Source: Spirochaetia bacterium (GTDB lineage Bacteria; Spirochaetota; Spirochaetia; UBA9216). Taken from it: a stretch of DNA of 64,000 bases. The stretch is taken from the NCBI GenBank assembly GCA_963675665.1, contig OY776510.1, positions 1,664,001 through 1,728,000 of the forward strand, given 5' to 3'. Shown here one piece after another: positions 8,985-19,779 of this stretch. The notes beneath the pieces were generated by a model. That model had not been told where the DNA came from. It saw nothing but the letters and a program-made list of their open reading frames with translations, and did not search any database. Every line of letters starts with the position of its first letter. Positions within the stretch are counted from its first letter, which is position 1. The position numbers and the translations under genes were made by a program.

Positions 8985-10535
8985 ATGAAAAAGAAAACCG
9001 CAGGCAGAATAAGAATTATAGTACAGGTGTTCTTCCTTGTATTAATAGCTTTGATTGCATTTAATCATACTCTTGAAGAGTCGGGACGTGCATTGCCTGT
9101 AATAGGAAGCGCATCGCTTCATGCTGTTTGTCCTTTCGGAGGAGTTGTATCAATATATCAATATGCAACCGGCGGGACTTTCGTCAAGAAAACCCATGAA
9201 TCATCATTTATATTAATGATAATTGTTGCTGTTCTGGCAGTTGCTTTCGGCCCGGTCTTCTGCGGATGGATTTGTCCGATGGGTACAGTACAGGAGTTTT
9301 TCGGGAAGATAGGACGTAAAATCTTCGGAAAGAAGTATAACCGGTTTATCCCTGCCGGATTCGACAAGTGGCTTCGGTATTTGCGTTATATTGTACTTGC
9401 GTGGGTAATTTATATGACCGCAATTACCGGAAAGATTATATTTGCCGATTATGATCCGTATTATGCATTATTTAATTTCTGGACAGGAGAAATTGCAGTT
9501 TCAGGTTTTATTATTCTTGGATTAACGCTTCTGCTCTCAATTTTTATCGAACGTCCGTTTTGTAAATATGCCTGTCCGTACGGTGCAGTTCTGGGTATTT
9601 CAAACCTGTTCAGGATTTTTTCAATCAAACGGACGGCTGAAACCTGCATAAACTGCGGCGCCTGCGATAAGGCCTGCCCGATGAATATCGATGTGTCAAC
9701 ATCCGGAGTAGTTCGTAACCACCAGTGTATCAGCTGTATGAAGTGCACCGGCGAACAAGCCTGTCCGGTGGCTGATACTGTTGATATGCGGACCGGAAAG
9801 ACCCCCGGGAAAGCCAAACTTCGGACCAGGCTTCTTGCCCCGATTGTTCTTGTCGTTTTTTTTGCGGGGATTGGTCTTTCCATGGCATTTAATTTATGGA
9901 TTACAGAATCAACCAAAGTCCCTGCCGCATATACGGAGGGAGAGTTTGAAGGCCAGTATAATCCGGCCGATATCCGTGGTTCATATTCTCTAAGCGATAT
10001 AGAAGAAGCCTTCGGCATAGACGTTGATACACTGGCAACAGCTTTCGGGATAACAGATCCTGATCCGGACGGGTTTCAGATAAAACAATTTGAAGAAATA
10101 TATCTTCCTCTTGAGGATGGTTCTGAAGTGGGTACGGATTCGATGAGACTTTTTGTTTCGCGATATATCGGCCTGCCATATACCCCTGAAGATACAACCC
10201 GTCTTCCGTCTTCCGCGATCAATCTTTTAAAGGAAAAACTTGCACCGGCAGATATCGAAGCTTTGCAGGCTGTTTCAATAAAGTTAAGCGATATCAAAGC
10301 TGAAGATTCTGAAGTTGCGGAAGAGCATGATGTAGTTATTGGGGAGATAAAGGGCGGTACAACCTTTAACGACCTTCTTGAGTGGGGGTTAACAAAGGAA
10401 GAGATAGAAGCAGTTCTGGGAGTGGAAATGGGAGCAAGCGGAACAGCTGTACGCGATTTTCTTATGGAAAAGGGACTTGAATTTTCCGAGTATAAAACGG
10501 AGCTCCAGGGCCTTATCGATAATAAAAATCAGTAA
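8985..10535 (+). CDS. NapH/MauN-like membrane polyferredoxin with C-terminal extracytoplasmic repeat domain
   Basis: FCGWICPMG, FCKYACPYG, CxxCxxCxxxCP and CISCMKC...CP; TM helices; C-terminal repeats DIRGSYSLSD and EIKGGTTFND. Confidence 0.85.
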   Translation: MKKKTAGRIRIIVQVFFLVLIALIAFNHTLEESGRALPVIGSASLHAVCPFGGVVSIYQYATGGTFVKKTHESSFILMIIVAVLAVAFGPVFCGWICPMGTVQEFFGKIGRKIFGKKYNRFIPAGFDKWLRYLRYIVLAWVIYMTAITGKIIFADYDPYYALFNFWTGEIAVSGFIILGLTLLLSIFIERPFCKYACPYGAVLGISNLFRIFSIKRTAETCINCGACDKACPMNIDVSTSGVVRNHQCISCMKCTGEQACPVADTVDMRTGKTPGKAKLRTRLLAPIVLVVFFAGIGLSMAFNLWITESTKVPAAYTEGEFEGQYNPADIRGSYSLSDIEEAFGIDVDTLATAFGITDPDPDGFQIKQFEEIYLPLEDGSEVGTDSMRLFVSRYIGLPYTPEDTTRLPSSAINLLKEKLAPADIEALQAVSIKLSDIKAEDSEVAEEHDVVIGEIKGGTTFNDLLEWGLTKEEIEAVLGVEMGASGTAVRDFLMEKGLEFSEYKTELQGLIDNKNQ

Positions 10536-10546
10536 CGGATAGGCCT

Positions 10547-11248
10547 GTGAAGATTTTTATAATAGAAGACAATGAAAATGTTCGCGAGGCTGCCGCGGGA
10601 TATCTAAAGCTTGAAGGTTTTGAGGTAAACGAGTTCGGCGAGCTGAAGCCTGCAAGAAAATTGCTTGAAAATGCCGCCGATCCCGAATTACCGAATCTTA
10701 TCCTTCTTGATGTGATGCTGCCGGACGGAGACGGTTTTCTATTTGCAAAGCAGATTAAGGAAAAGTTTGATATTCCAATTATTTTCCTGACGGCGCGTGA
10801 TCAGGAATCGGATCGAATTACCGGGCTTGAACTTGGAGCAGACGACTATATCGTTAAACCTTTTTCAACTCGTGAGCTTGTTCTCAGGGTAAAAGCTGTA
10901 CTCAAACGGAGCAGTCGGGAAACGGAATCTTCGGCTGATGAGGAACTTGCATACCGGATAGAAGATGATGAACTGAAGATCTCCGAACTGCACCACAGGG
11001 CGCTCTATAATGGAAAACCTGTTCAGTTGACGCCTGCTGAATGGAATATCGTTGTTTTTCTGGCCGAAAAATCTCCTCAGGTTTTCAATCGTCTGCAGAT
11101 TCTTGAGTACTGTCTTGATTCAATTGCTGAAGGTTCCGAGCGTACTGTCGATACGCATATAAAAAATATCAGACACAAGTTCGGCGGAAACGAATGGATA
11201 GAAACAGTCCGGGGGTTCGGATACCGTTTTAACGGCGTGAAAATATGA
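10547..11248 (+). CDS. OmpR/PhoB family response regulator
   Basis: IED, LLDVMLP, GADDYIVKPF, RTVDTHIKNIR and ETVRGFGY motifs. Confidence 0.95.
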   Translation: MKIFIIEDNENVREAAAGYLKLEGFEVNEFGELKPARKLLENAADPELPNLILLDVMLPDGDGFLFAKQIKEKFDIPIIFLTARDQESDRITGLELGADDYIVKPFSTRELVLRVKAVLKRSSRETESSADEELAYRIEDDELKISELHHRALYNGKPVQLTPAEWNIVVFLAEKSPQVFNRLQILEYCLDSIAEGSERTVDTHIKNIRHKFGGNEWIETVRGFGYRFNGVKI

Positions 11249-12528
11249 CAAAACTGTTTTCATGGCTTTTAAAAAGGTTCATCACCGCATTTGCCGTGCT
11301 TGTTATTGTGCAGCTTTTTACATATATCCTGGGCCTTAGCCTGATCCTCTCCGGGTATGAGGAAAACCGATTCAGGCAGTATGAAGAAATTGCGATTGAG
11401 ATTCTGAATAATCCTCAGAATGCACAGAATATTGTCCTGCCGGGCGCAAACCCCTTTTTTGTATTTTCTGATGAAAAAGAACTGGTTTTCAGCAACAAGG
11501 GAAAAGGGCGCTCGCTTTCGGTTGAAGACATTAATCCCGTATATTCCGGCGATAAACTGCTTGGATATTTTCACGCCGGCGAACTGGGTTTTGCCGACAA
11601 CCAGGCAAATCGTGTTTTTTTGATATCGGTTATTGTACTGAGCGGAATATCAGTAGTTTTATCTGTTTTAATCGGTTTTTTTGCTGCCTGGTTAAGTTCC
11701 GGCAGGATTGCTGAACCGGTAGGAATATTGAGGCGTGATATTCATGATATCCGCAGACTGAAAAGAATCCCCGGCAGGAATTTTGAAATAACCGAGCTTA
11801 CTGATATTTCTTCCGAGGTGTCGGAAGTCAGTATCCGCCTCAGTAGCCAGGAAGAATATAAGCGCCAATGGCTCAGGGACTTGTCACATGATCTGCGAAC
11901 GCCTCTTTCAGGATTGAAGTCTCAGCTTGAAGCAATGGCCGACGGGGTGCTTGAGCCTTCACCTGAGCGTTTCAGAAGGCATCTCCTTGAGATTGACCGG
12001 CTTGAGAACCTTGCAGCTTCGATAGGGGAACTTACTGCAATTGAAATGCGTGATAATCCTGAAAGAACGGAGATTAATACCGAACGCTTTATTGAGATGC
12101 TTGTTTCGCCTTTTGAAATTGAAATTCAGCGAAAATCGATACTGCTTGAATCCCTCATTGAAAAAAAAACATTTTCAGGTGATGAACAGCTTCTGCTGCG
12201 GGGTCTGGGCAATATCATTTCAAATGCCGTCAAGTATATTGAAGACGGCAGCCATATATGGATTAGAGTTTCGGAAACATCAGATAATGAAAAGAGTATG
12301 ACGCTGATAGAGATTGCAAACGACGGACCCGGTATCCCTCCCGAACAAAGAGAACTGATTTTTACCAGATTGTACCGCGGAGAATCAGGACGTTCAACAC
12401 CCGGAAGCGGGTTGGGGCTTTCAATTACCAGGGAGATCGTTAATCTCCATGGCGGGGAGATACGTGTAGAGCCTTTGACGCCCGACGGCTCCGATACCAG
12501 GGGCGTCAGATTTGCAGTTAAGATATAG
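11245..12528 (+). CDS. Sensor histidine kinase (BaeS-like, 2 TM)
   Basis: SHDLRTPL H-box, NAVKY N-box, DGPGI and GSGLGL; overlaps the regulator stop. Confidence 0.93.
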   Translation: MTKLFSWLLKRFITAFAVLVIVQLFTYILGLSLILSGYEENRFRQYEEIAIEILNNPQNAQNIVLPGANPFFVFSDEKELVFSNKGKGRSLSVEDINPVYSGDKLLGYFHAGELGFADNQANRVFLISVIVLSGISVVLSVLIGFFAAWLSSGRIAEPVGILRRDIHDIRRLKRIPGRNFEITELTDISSEVSEVSIRLSSQEEYKRQWLRDLSHDLRTPLSGLKSQLEAMADGVLEPSPERFRRHLLEIDRLENLAASIGELTAIEMRDNPERTEINTERFIEMLVSPFEIEIQRKSILLESLIEKKTFSGDEQLLLRGLGNIISNAVKYIEDGSHIWIRVSETSDNEKSMTLIEIANDGPGIPPEQRELIFTRLYRGESGRSTPGSGLGLSITREIVNLHGGEIRVEPLTPDGSDTRGVRFAVKI

Positions 12529-12624
12529 GTTTCCGGAACAGCCAGGCTTTTCGAAAAAAAACCTTGCATTTTTAACTCCGGATGATAATAATTAAGAACA
12601 AGGCCCTTATCAAAGAGGAAAAAT

Positions 12625-14562
12625 ATGAAAATAAGATCGAAATTCACAATAATGGTTGCAATACCGATAATTTCAACCCTTGCAGTATTTTCAGTCGGAA
12701 TATTTAATTTTCTCAGCATTCGGAATTCAGTAGGCGCGATTGTTGTTCTTGATAATGATCGTGTCCAGATAAGCGAGGCGGACAGAGATGCTCATCAGGC
12801 TCTGATTGCTGAATTGAGTATTGTTGACAGCGCCAATTTATCCGAAGCGGAGTTATACAGGGATACTTTTCAGGAGAATGTCGGGCAGACCTGGGACAGA
12901 ATAACTGCCGGTGAAGAACGGTTTTCATCCGATATGCTGGAGTCGTTAAATAAATTCAGGGAGGACTATACCGAGTGGGAAAAATTTTCCAATGAAATTA
13001 TTCAACGTGAACTTAAGGTTGTAGAGGGGAACCGCATCAAGAACGAAGCAAAACTGGCTGCTATTGCCGCTTTTAATAATGCCAGAGTTATTATCGATCA
13101 AATCGGCGAATTAATAGATACAGAATTAAAACGTGATTTATCTATTTCCCGCAGACTCAATCTTGAGAACGCTCTTTCGCTTGTGCTTAACGGCGACAGG
13201 GATTTTTACCAGGCATATACGGCAACTCTGCTTGTCGAAAGTGTGTCCAATCGTGAAGGGTATGAGCAGCAGAAAGCGGATTATTATGAAAACCTGGAGC
13301 AGACAATAGACCGGGTCTCTGAAGCAGCAGCGCTTTTCGGGGCCGGGGCAGCCTCACTGTCGGAAGATTTTAACTCGGAAATTGCTGAATGGAAAAAGAA
13401 TTCGGATGAGGTTATCCTGCTTGAGGGAAAATATTTTGATGATAATGAATACATAAAAGCACAAACTTCCAGGATCCTGTCTATTTTTGAAACAATGCGT
13501 GAGAGCATAAATAAAATTGGCGAGCTTGGACAGGTTGAAATTGACAGGATAGTCAACAAGATGTTTTCCGATATAAGATCTTCAATACTGCTTTATATCC
13601 TGATTCTTGCGGCAGCGGTTATTATTTCAATTCTTATTGTAATAGTGGTTGCCGTCGGAATAAGCCGGAGTATCGTAAAAGGCCTGACACTTTCAAAAGA
13701 ACTTGCCGACGGAAATCTTACGACCTTCCGGATGGTCCAAAATCTATCCAGGGATGAGATTGGAGAGCTTGTTGTTTCTCAGACAGAAATGGCCGAAAGA
13801 ATCAGCAATGTTGTTTTAAATATTTCAAATGCGGCAGAGAACCTTACCGCGGGCAGCCGGCAGATAAGCGAGAGTTCTGAAACAGTATCCCAGGGGGCTA
13901 CTGAACAGGCGGCCGGCACGGAAGAAGTCTCTTCTTCACTTGAAGATATGGTATTAAACATTCAGAACACCGCTGATAATGCGGCAACAGCTGATGCTCT
14001 TTCTAGAAAAGTTGTTGATAGTGCAATTACAAGTAAAGAAGCCGTGGACAAAACTGTTGAGATTATGAACCAGATTGCTGAAAAAACTATTTTAATAGAT
14101 AATATTGCAAAGCAAACCAATCTTCTGGCTCTTAACGCCGCCATTGAAGCTGCGCGCGCCGGCGAATCCGGCAAGGGGTTTGCTGTTGTTGCAAGTGAGG
14201 TCAGAAAGCTCGCCGAGAACAGCGGTCTGGCTGCAGGAGAAATCAGCGGACTGTCATCGGAGTCAGTTGCAATTTCGTCTCAGGCCGGAACCAATCTCGA
14301 AGCCCTGGTTCCGGAAATACGCAAAACAGCCGATTTAATACAGGAAATCAGCTCGTCAATATCCGAGATGAGGACCGGAACGGATCAGATTTCCGGAAGC
14401 GTTAAAGAGCTGGATAATGTTGTTCAGGCAAATGCGGCATCATCGGAAGAACTTGCTTCAACAGCTGAGGAACTCAGTAGCCAGGCTGAAGGACTGATGC
14501 AGCAGATAAAGTATTTTCAATTGGAAGAAAAACAAACTCTGTTATTGGATGACACTCTATAA
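12625..14562 (+). CDS. Methyl-accepting chemotaxis protein
   Basis: Two TM helices, large helical periplasmic domain, HAMP (RDEIGEL), [34 protein letters not shown]. Confidence 0.95.
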   Translation: MKIRSKFTIMVAIPIISTLAVFSVGIFNFLSIRNSVGAIVVLDNDRVQISEADRDAHQALIAELSIVDSANLSEAELYRDTFQENVGQTWDRITAGEERFSSDMLESLNKFREDYTEWEKFSNEIIQRELKVVEGNRIKNEAKLAAIAAFNNARVIIDQIGELIDTELKRDLSISRRLNLENALSLVLNGDRDFYQAYTATLLVESVSNREGYEQQKADYYENLEQTIDRVSEAAALFGAGAASLSEDFNSEIAEWKKNSDEVILLEGKYFDDNEYIKAQTSRILSIFETMRESINKIGELGQVEIDRIVNKMFSDIRSSILLYILILAAAVIISILIVIVVAVGISRSIVKGLTLSKELADGNLTTFRMVQNLSRDEIGELVVSQTEMAERISNVVLNISNAAENLTAGSRQISESSETVSQGATEQAAGTEEVSSSLEDMVLNIQNTADNAATADALSRKVVDSAITSKEAVDKTVEIMNQIAEKTILIDNIAKQTNLLALNAAIEAARAGESGKGFAVVASEVRKLAENSGLAAGEISGLSSESVAISSQAGTNLEALVPEIRKTADLIQEISSSISEMRTGTDQISGSVKELDNVVQANAASSEELASTAEELSSQAEGLMQQIKYFQLEEKQTLLLDDTL

Positions 14563-14593
14563 CAGCCCGGGTTGTCGGTCTGGATTATACTAT

Positions 14594-14627
14594 AAAAAAG
14601 GGACTCCCGAAAGGAGCCCCTCAAAAA
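14594..14627 (-). terminator. Intrinsic terminator between the convergent MCP gene and sugar ABC operon
   Basis: AAAAAAGGGACTCC-CGAAA-GGAGCCCCT imperfect hairpin with a U-tract on the minus strand. Confidence 0.65.
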
Positions 14628-14651
14628 GATTCAACTGTATATGAATCTTAA

Positions 14652-15752
14652 TCAATCATACAACAGACCTTTGATATCTGCATCATCCATATTGTCTTTA
14701 TTGTAGAACTTGGCGCCTGTGTCTACGTCGGATACACTTTCACCCTTGTAAGCTTTGTAAGCAAGCTCAACAGCCTTGTAGCCGATAGAGTACGGGTCCT
14801 GGGTAATTGAACCGAGGAAATACTCATTTCTTACGGCATTTTTCTGGCCTTCACCGGCATCATATCCGATAACAGTTACGCCCGGATAAGCTGCAGGAAG
14901 ATCTGCTCCGTCGTTTGTTGCTGCAAGAAGTCCTTTTACGGTTGCTTCATTTGAACAGAAAATACCGAGTATGTTAGCTTCTTTTACCTTGTTCAGTACT
15001 GCTGTAGCTGCTGCCGCTGCATCTGTTGCTGCCGCAGAAGCGGGTACTACCATTTCGATGAAAACTTTTTTTCCGCTTGTTGGGTTCTTTGCATCTATAT
15101 AGGCGGGGTTTCCCTGAACCTTGATATCGGAAGCCGAGAGTGCTGTGTTTGATACAATAAGGTCGACCATTGTGTCTCTGAAACCACGTCCGCGTGAAAG
15201 AAGAGATTCACCCGCCGCATCCTGGTTTAATACAACGATTGCTACAGGAGCTGCAGCGCTGGCGGCTTCAATGTCGCTCTTGATTACTTCAAACATCTTC
15301 TTTGCTGCCATTCCGGCGGCATTATAGTTATCAGTTGATGCGTTTGCATAGATTGAGCCTTTGGGTGCATTAGGTACACCGGAGTCAAATCCGATTACGG
15401 GGATTTCTGCATCAAGGCATTCCTGAAGCTGGTCCATTACCGAAGTTGTATCGAGGGCGGCAAGTGCGATTGCTACAGGATTCTTTGCCATTGCATTGTT
15501 CAGCATTTCAACCTGAATCTGAACGTCACTTTCTGAAGGAGGGCCTTCAAATGTGATATCAACGCCGTATTCCTCTGCCGCCGCGTTAGCGCCAAGTTTT
15601 ACCTGCTGCCAGAAGTCGTGCTGTTCTCCCTTTGAAACTACAGCGATATAAGGGGTCCCCTTTTCCTGCTGTCCTCCTGCAAAAACCGGTGCGGCGAATG
15701 TAACTGCCACAGCTGCGATTAATGCAACAATCAGTACTTTTGACATTTTCAT
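14652..15752 (-). CDS. Sugar ABC transporter substrate-binding protein (RbsB-like)
   Basis: AGGAGG RBS before ATG 15752; signal peptide then AGGQQE; HDFWQQVKLGA, IGFDSG, TDNY and QDPY motifs. Confidence 0.92.
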   Translation of the reverse strand: MKMSKVLIVALIAAVAVTFAAPVFAGGQQEKGTPYIAVVSKGEQHDFWQQVKLGANAAAEEYGVDITFEGPPSESDVQIQVEMLNNAMAKNPVAIALAALDTTSVMDQLQECLDAEIPVIGFDSGVPNAPKGSIYANASTDNYNAAGMAAKKMFEVIKSDIEAASAAAPVAIVVLNQDAAGESLLSRGRGFRDTMVDLIVSNTALSASDIKVQGNPAYIDAKNPTSGKKVFIEMVVPASAAATDAAAAATAVLNKVKEANILGIFCSNEATVKGLLAATNDGADLPAAYPGVTVIGYDAGEGQKNAVRNEYFLGSITQDPYSIGYKAVELAYKAYKGESVSDVDTGAKFYNKDNMDDADIKGLLYD

Positions 15753-15906
15753 AAATATCCTCCTATGGATTCCCGCCATGGATGCGGGTTGTCGAGGTGA
15801 AGTTTGAATAGCAACGCTTTCAAACTTCGAAATAAAATTGAACATGGAGGTTCAATTTTATTCATCCTCCTAATTTTTAACCTGAATACTCAGGTTTATT
15901 CCTTTT

Positions 15907-17157
15907 TTATTGCGATTTCTTTGATGCGAGCAGAAATTCACGCTCAGCGGCTTTCTCTTCTGCAAGTATCCTGGCTTTTTCAGCTTTTTCTTCACTTCTC
16001 ATCTTTGTGTATGTAATTTTCATCCGGGTACGTGTCTCGGCAATTTCCCTTTTAAGCGCTCCGGCATCGCCGCTTCCGGAGGCCAGCTGGTTTTTGAGTT
16101 CGGCAATTGTCTCAAGCATCGACTGTCTGTATGAGTCGGCAGGGGTAAGAATCCTGACTTCAGAAGCCTTTTTATTGCGGTAAAGATCAAGCAGTACTGC
16201 TCCAATTACAACAATACCTGTAAAAAAGGTTTGAAAGTGCGCCTGAAGATCCATTGACGGAAGCCCGGCGCGCAGAACACTCATGATGTAAACACCGATC
16301 ATCGTGCCGAAAACAGATCCGATGCCGCCGGAAAGCGATGTTCCGCCGATTACTGCTCCTGCAATTGCATACAGTTCAAACCCCTGACCCTGTGCCGGCA
16401 TAACTGTTGTATATACCGCGGCGAAAGCTATTCCGCCTATGCCTGAACAGATTCCGCTGACGACATAAGCCATCATTTCCCATAATTTTACATTTACGCC
16501 TGAAAGCCGGGCTGCTTCCTTGTTGCTGCCGATTGCAAAGATGTATCGTCCCATTTTTGTTTTTGTAAGGACGATGAATGCTATAATTGCCACGCCGAAC
16601 AGAATTATTGCCCCGGTCGGGATTGAGAAACGGTCTTCGGTGATATATTTAAAGAAATCCTTGAACCATCCGTCTTCATTTGCACGGGTAGGGAAGGTTG
16701 CGCTTCTTACGTTTGATACAATAGAACCTACGCCCATGGAAATCATCATTGTTCCCAATGTGGCTATGAAAGGCGGCAGACTGAGTCTTGATACGAGTAT
16801 GCCGTTAAAAACTCCGAAAGCAATTGCAACCGCCATTATCAGAACAAGCGATGCCGCCATCGACCAGCCCCAGGTTTTGTATGCAGTTCCTCCGATGATT
16901 GCCGCGCACATCATAACCGTGCCGCATGATAAATCGATACCGCCTGTGATTATAACGAAGGTTACCCCGATTGAAATGAATCCGATGTAATATGATGAAT
17001 CAAGTATGTTAACAAGGGTGGTGTAGGAAAAAAAGTTACGTCCGAATAATCCAAAAAATACGTACAGGATTACAAGAGCAGCCGGTGCAAGAAATTTCTG
17101 CATTCCGATTTCCTTCATGTTTTCCCAGACTGTTTTATTATCGTTCAAGGTTTTCAT
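15907..17157 (-). CDS. Sugar ABC transporter permease (RbsC-like) with C-terminal helical extension
   Basis: GGIDLS, PPFIATLG, IGSNKEAARLSGV and VIGGTSLSGG motifs. Confidence 0.92.
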   Translation of the reverse strand: MKTLNDNKTVWENMKEIGMQKFLAPAALVILYVFFGLFGRNFFSYTTLVNILDSSYYIGFISIGVTFVIITGGIDLSCGTVMMCAAIIGGTAYKTWGWSMAASLVLIMAVAIAFGVFNGILVSRLSLPPFIATLGTMMISMGVGSIVSNVRSATFPTRANEDGWFKDFFKYITEDRFSIPTGAIILFGVAIIAFIVLTKTKMGRYIFAIGSNKEAARLSGVNVKLWEMMAYVVSGICSGIGGIAFAAVYTTVMPAQGQGFELYAIAGAVIGGTSLSGGIGSVFGTMIGVYIMSVLRAGLPSMDLQAHFQTFFTGIVVIGAVLLDLYRNKKASEVRILTPADSYRQSMLETIAELKNQLASGSGDAGALKREIAETRTRMKITYTKMRSEEKAEKARILAEEKAAEREFLLASKKSQ

Positions 17158-18662
17158 TATTTATTCTCCTGATTTCGCATAGTGGCGTAATGCATTATCT
17201 TTTCCTGTGATGCATCTTCGATATCAATTTCGCCTGTTATTCTGCCTTCACACATGACCATGATTCGGTCGCTCATTCTCAGGATTTCCGGCAGTTCCGA
17301 AGAAATCATGATTATCGATTTTCCTTCGCGGGCCAGTTCGTTCATAAGCGTGTAAATTTCACTTTTTGCACCGACATCAATCCCGCGGGTCGGTTCGTCA
17401 AAGATAAGAATGTCGCTGTTTCTGATAAGCCATTTTGCTATAACTACCTTCTGCTGATTTCCTCCGGAGAGATTTTTGAGCAGTTGATCCAGGTTCGGTG
17501 TTTTAATTTTCAGTTTGTCAACGTAGGTATTTACAACTGTTTCAACCTGTTTTTTATGAATGAAGAGGCCGCGCGCATACTTTTCGTATGAGGCAAGTAT
17601 CGCATTGTCGGCAACGCTCATTCCGACTGCAAGGCCGAACCGTTTTCGGTCTTCGGACAGGTATCCGATTCCGTAGCCTACAGCGTCCATCGGCGTGTTA
17701 ACCCTGACGGGTTTTCCGTCAACAAAAATGGTGCCGGTTTCAATCTCGTCGGCTCCGAAAACCGCACGGGCAGTCTCGGTTCTGCCGGCGCCCATAAGGC
17801 CTGCAAAACCGAGGATTTCGCCGCGTCTCAGTTTGAAACTGACATCTTTAACCATTTTCCCGGCATTCAGGTTGTTAACTTCAAGTACAACGGGAGCATC
17901 TTTGGGGACATTGCTTTTTGATTTTGGTTCTTCATATATAACGCGGCCGACCATCATGTTGATAATGTCTTCCTTGGAAATATTAGTGGTGTTTTTTGTT
18001 CCGACGTATTCACCGTCGCGAAGAACTGTTACACGATCGGTAATCTGGCCGATTTCGTCCATTCTGTGCGAAATGTAGATCATTGCAACGCCTTTTGCTG
18101 CAAGGTCGCGCATGATTGAAAACAAGTCGTTAATCTCAGTTTCGGTAAGCGCTGCAGTGGGTTCGTCGAGGATAAGTATTTTGAGATCATGAGATACCGC
18201 CTTGGCAATCTCCACCATTTGCTGTTTGCCGACTGTGAGTTTGCCCAGTGTGACTGTCGGATCAATATCCATATTCAAACGGTTTAACAACCCTGCAGTC
18301 CGCTGGTTCTGTTTCTTTTCGCTTAGAAACATTCCGTTCATTGATTCGCGTCCGATAAATATATTCTGAGCTACTGTCAGTTCATCCATCATGTTAAGTT
18401 CCTGATGAATGATTCCAATACCTTTTTCCAGCGCATCTTTTGGGCCGGACGGATTGAAAAGTTTTCCAAGATAAAAAATTTCACCGGAATCTTTCGGAAA
18501 TATTCCGGTCAGCGCTTTCATGAGCGTAGATTTACCGGCTCCGTTTTCACCGACAAGGGCGTGTATCTCGCCCTCACGCAGATCAAAATCCACACCCTTC
18601 AATGCGTGTACGCCGGTAAAACGTTTATCAATTTTTTTCATTGAGAGGACTGTTTCCCTCAC
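17157..18662 (-). CDS. Sugar ABC transporter ATP-binding protein (RbsA/MglA-like, two NBDs)
   Basis: GENGAGKST, LDEPT, LSGGNQQK and DEPTRGIDVGAK motifs. Confidence 0.95.
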   Translation of the reverse strand: MRETVLSMKKIDKRFTGVHALKGVDFDLREGEIHALVGENGAGKSTLMKALTGIFPKDSGEIFYLGKLFNPSGPKDALEKGIGIIHQELNMMDELTVAQNIFIGRESMNGMFLSEKKQNQRTAGLLNRLNMDIDPTVTLGKLTVGKQQMVEIAKAVSHDLKILILDEPTAALTETEINDLFSIMRDLAAKGVAMIYISHRMDEIGQITDRVTVLRDGEYVGTKNTTNISKEDIINMMVGRVIYEEPKSKSNVPKDAPVVLEVNNLNAGKMVKDVSFKLRRGEILGFAGLMGAGRTETARAVFGADEIETGTIFVDGKPVRVNTPMDAVGYGIGYLSEDRKRFGLAVGMSVADNAILASYEKYARGLFIHKKQVETVVNTYVDKLKIKTPNLDQLLKNLSGGNQQKVVIAKWLIRNSDILIFDEPTRGIDVGAKSEIYTLMNELAREGKSIIMISSELPEILRMSDRIMVMCEGRITGEIDIEDASQEKIMHYATMRNQENK

Positions 18663-18792
18663 CGTTGGTAACTCCTTCTTCCAAAAGATATTTCAATTAT
18701 CCACCCGAAAATGAGATCGCGAAATCGAGGAATTTACGGAGAATGTTTAAGATTTTCCAGTTACGGCTGAAATTTGAATGAATTTTACATTT

Positions 18793-19779
18793 TTATTGTG
18801 CGGTGAAAGGAAACAGAAGTTCCTGATATTCCCGCTGAAACATGTTTTCCTTTGTTATCAGAACGGAACCAGTGTCGATTATTCTTTCTATAGGTTTCCC
18901 GGACAGGTACTCTGCAGCAGTCTTTACTGCAAGGTATCCCATATTATACGGACGCTGAACTACAGTAGCCTTAATAACACCTTCTTCAAGAAAAAGTAAT
19001 TCCCTGATTGCATTGTCGAACCCGACGACGAAAACCCGGTCTTTTTCTCCAGTTTCGTCTATAGCGCGGGCAACACCCAAAGCTGATACTTCATTCAGCG
19101 CCACAATCCCGCCCAGCTCGGGATTTTTAAGCAGTTCAAGGGTTATCAGGTAGGCTTTTTCCTGCTCGACATCACAAAACCAGGTGCCTATGATATTTTC
19201 GCTTTCCAGCGCGCTTCGGACTCCGGCCTCACGGTCTATTGCCGTGGCGGTTTCCTGAATATGGCTGACGATCGCTATTTCATTGTTGGTTTTTCCTTCT
19301 ATCAGCCTCTTCATTTCGGTTCCGGCCTTAAATCCCGCTTCCAGGTTGTCTGTTGCAATAAAGGATACCGGTATATCCGAATCTACGCCCGAATCAAGTG
19401 TTATTACCGGAATTTTTTTTGCTGCTGCATTTTCGACGGATTGAACCAGGCGTTTAAAGTCGTTTGCCGCAAGAATAAGCATAGGCGGTTCTTTTTCCAG
19501 TATGCCGTTGAGTATGTTTATCTGGAGGGTTATTTCCTTTTCAAAACGGGGGCCGGATATTTCCACCTCAACGCCGAATTCTTTGGCCGCCTGATCAATT
19601 CCCTGCTGAACAACATCCCAGAAGTCCATAGGCTGACCTTTTATTGATTTCAATACTATCTGGATCGGCTTGTCCAGATTTAATTCTTCAGTTCGCGAGT
19701 TTCCATAAAAGACGGAAAGAAAAATAAAAAGCACCAGGGCTGCAAACAGGCTGAGCAGCAGCATGGACCAGTTTTTCAT
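18793..19779 (-). CDS. Membrane-anchored sugar-binding protein (accessory sensor for the two-component system)
   Basis: Periplasmic-binding-protein I motifs (DFW, LDSG, ATDN, GFD, QRPY); N-terminal TM; overlaps the kinase gene. Confidence 0.85.
   Translation of the reverse strand: MKNWSMLLLSLFAALVLFIFLSVFYGNSRTEELNLDKPIQIVLKSIKGQPMDFWDVVQQGIDQAAKEFGVEVEISGPRFEKEITLQINILNGILEKEPPMLILAANDFKRLVQSVENAAAKKIPVITLDSGVDSDIPVSFIATDNLEAGFKAGTEMKRLIEGKTNNEIAIVSHIQETATAIDREAGVRSALESENIIGTWFCDVEQEKAYLITLELLKNPELGGIVALNEVSALGVARAIDETGEKDRVFVVGFDNAIRELLFLEEGVIKATVVQRPYNMGYLAVKTAAEYLSGKPIERIIDTGSVLITKENMFQREYQELLFPFTAQ

Noticed and set aside
18720-18790. YesN/AraC binding repeats upstream of the ABC ATPase
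   Set aside because: Only two loosely similar AT-rich boxes 21 bp apart; not distinguishable from chance by eye.
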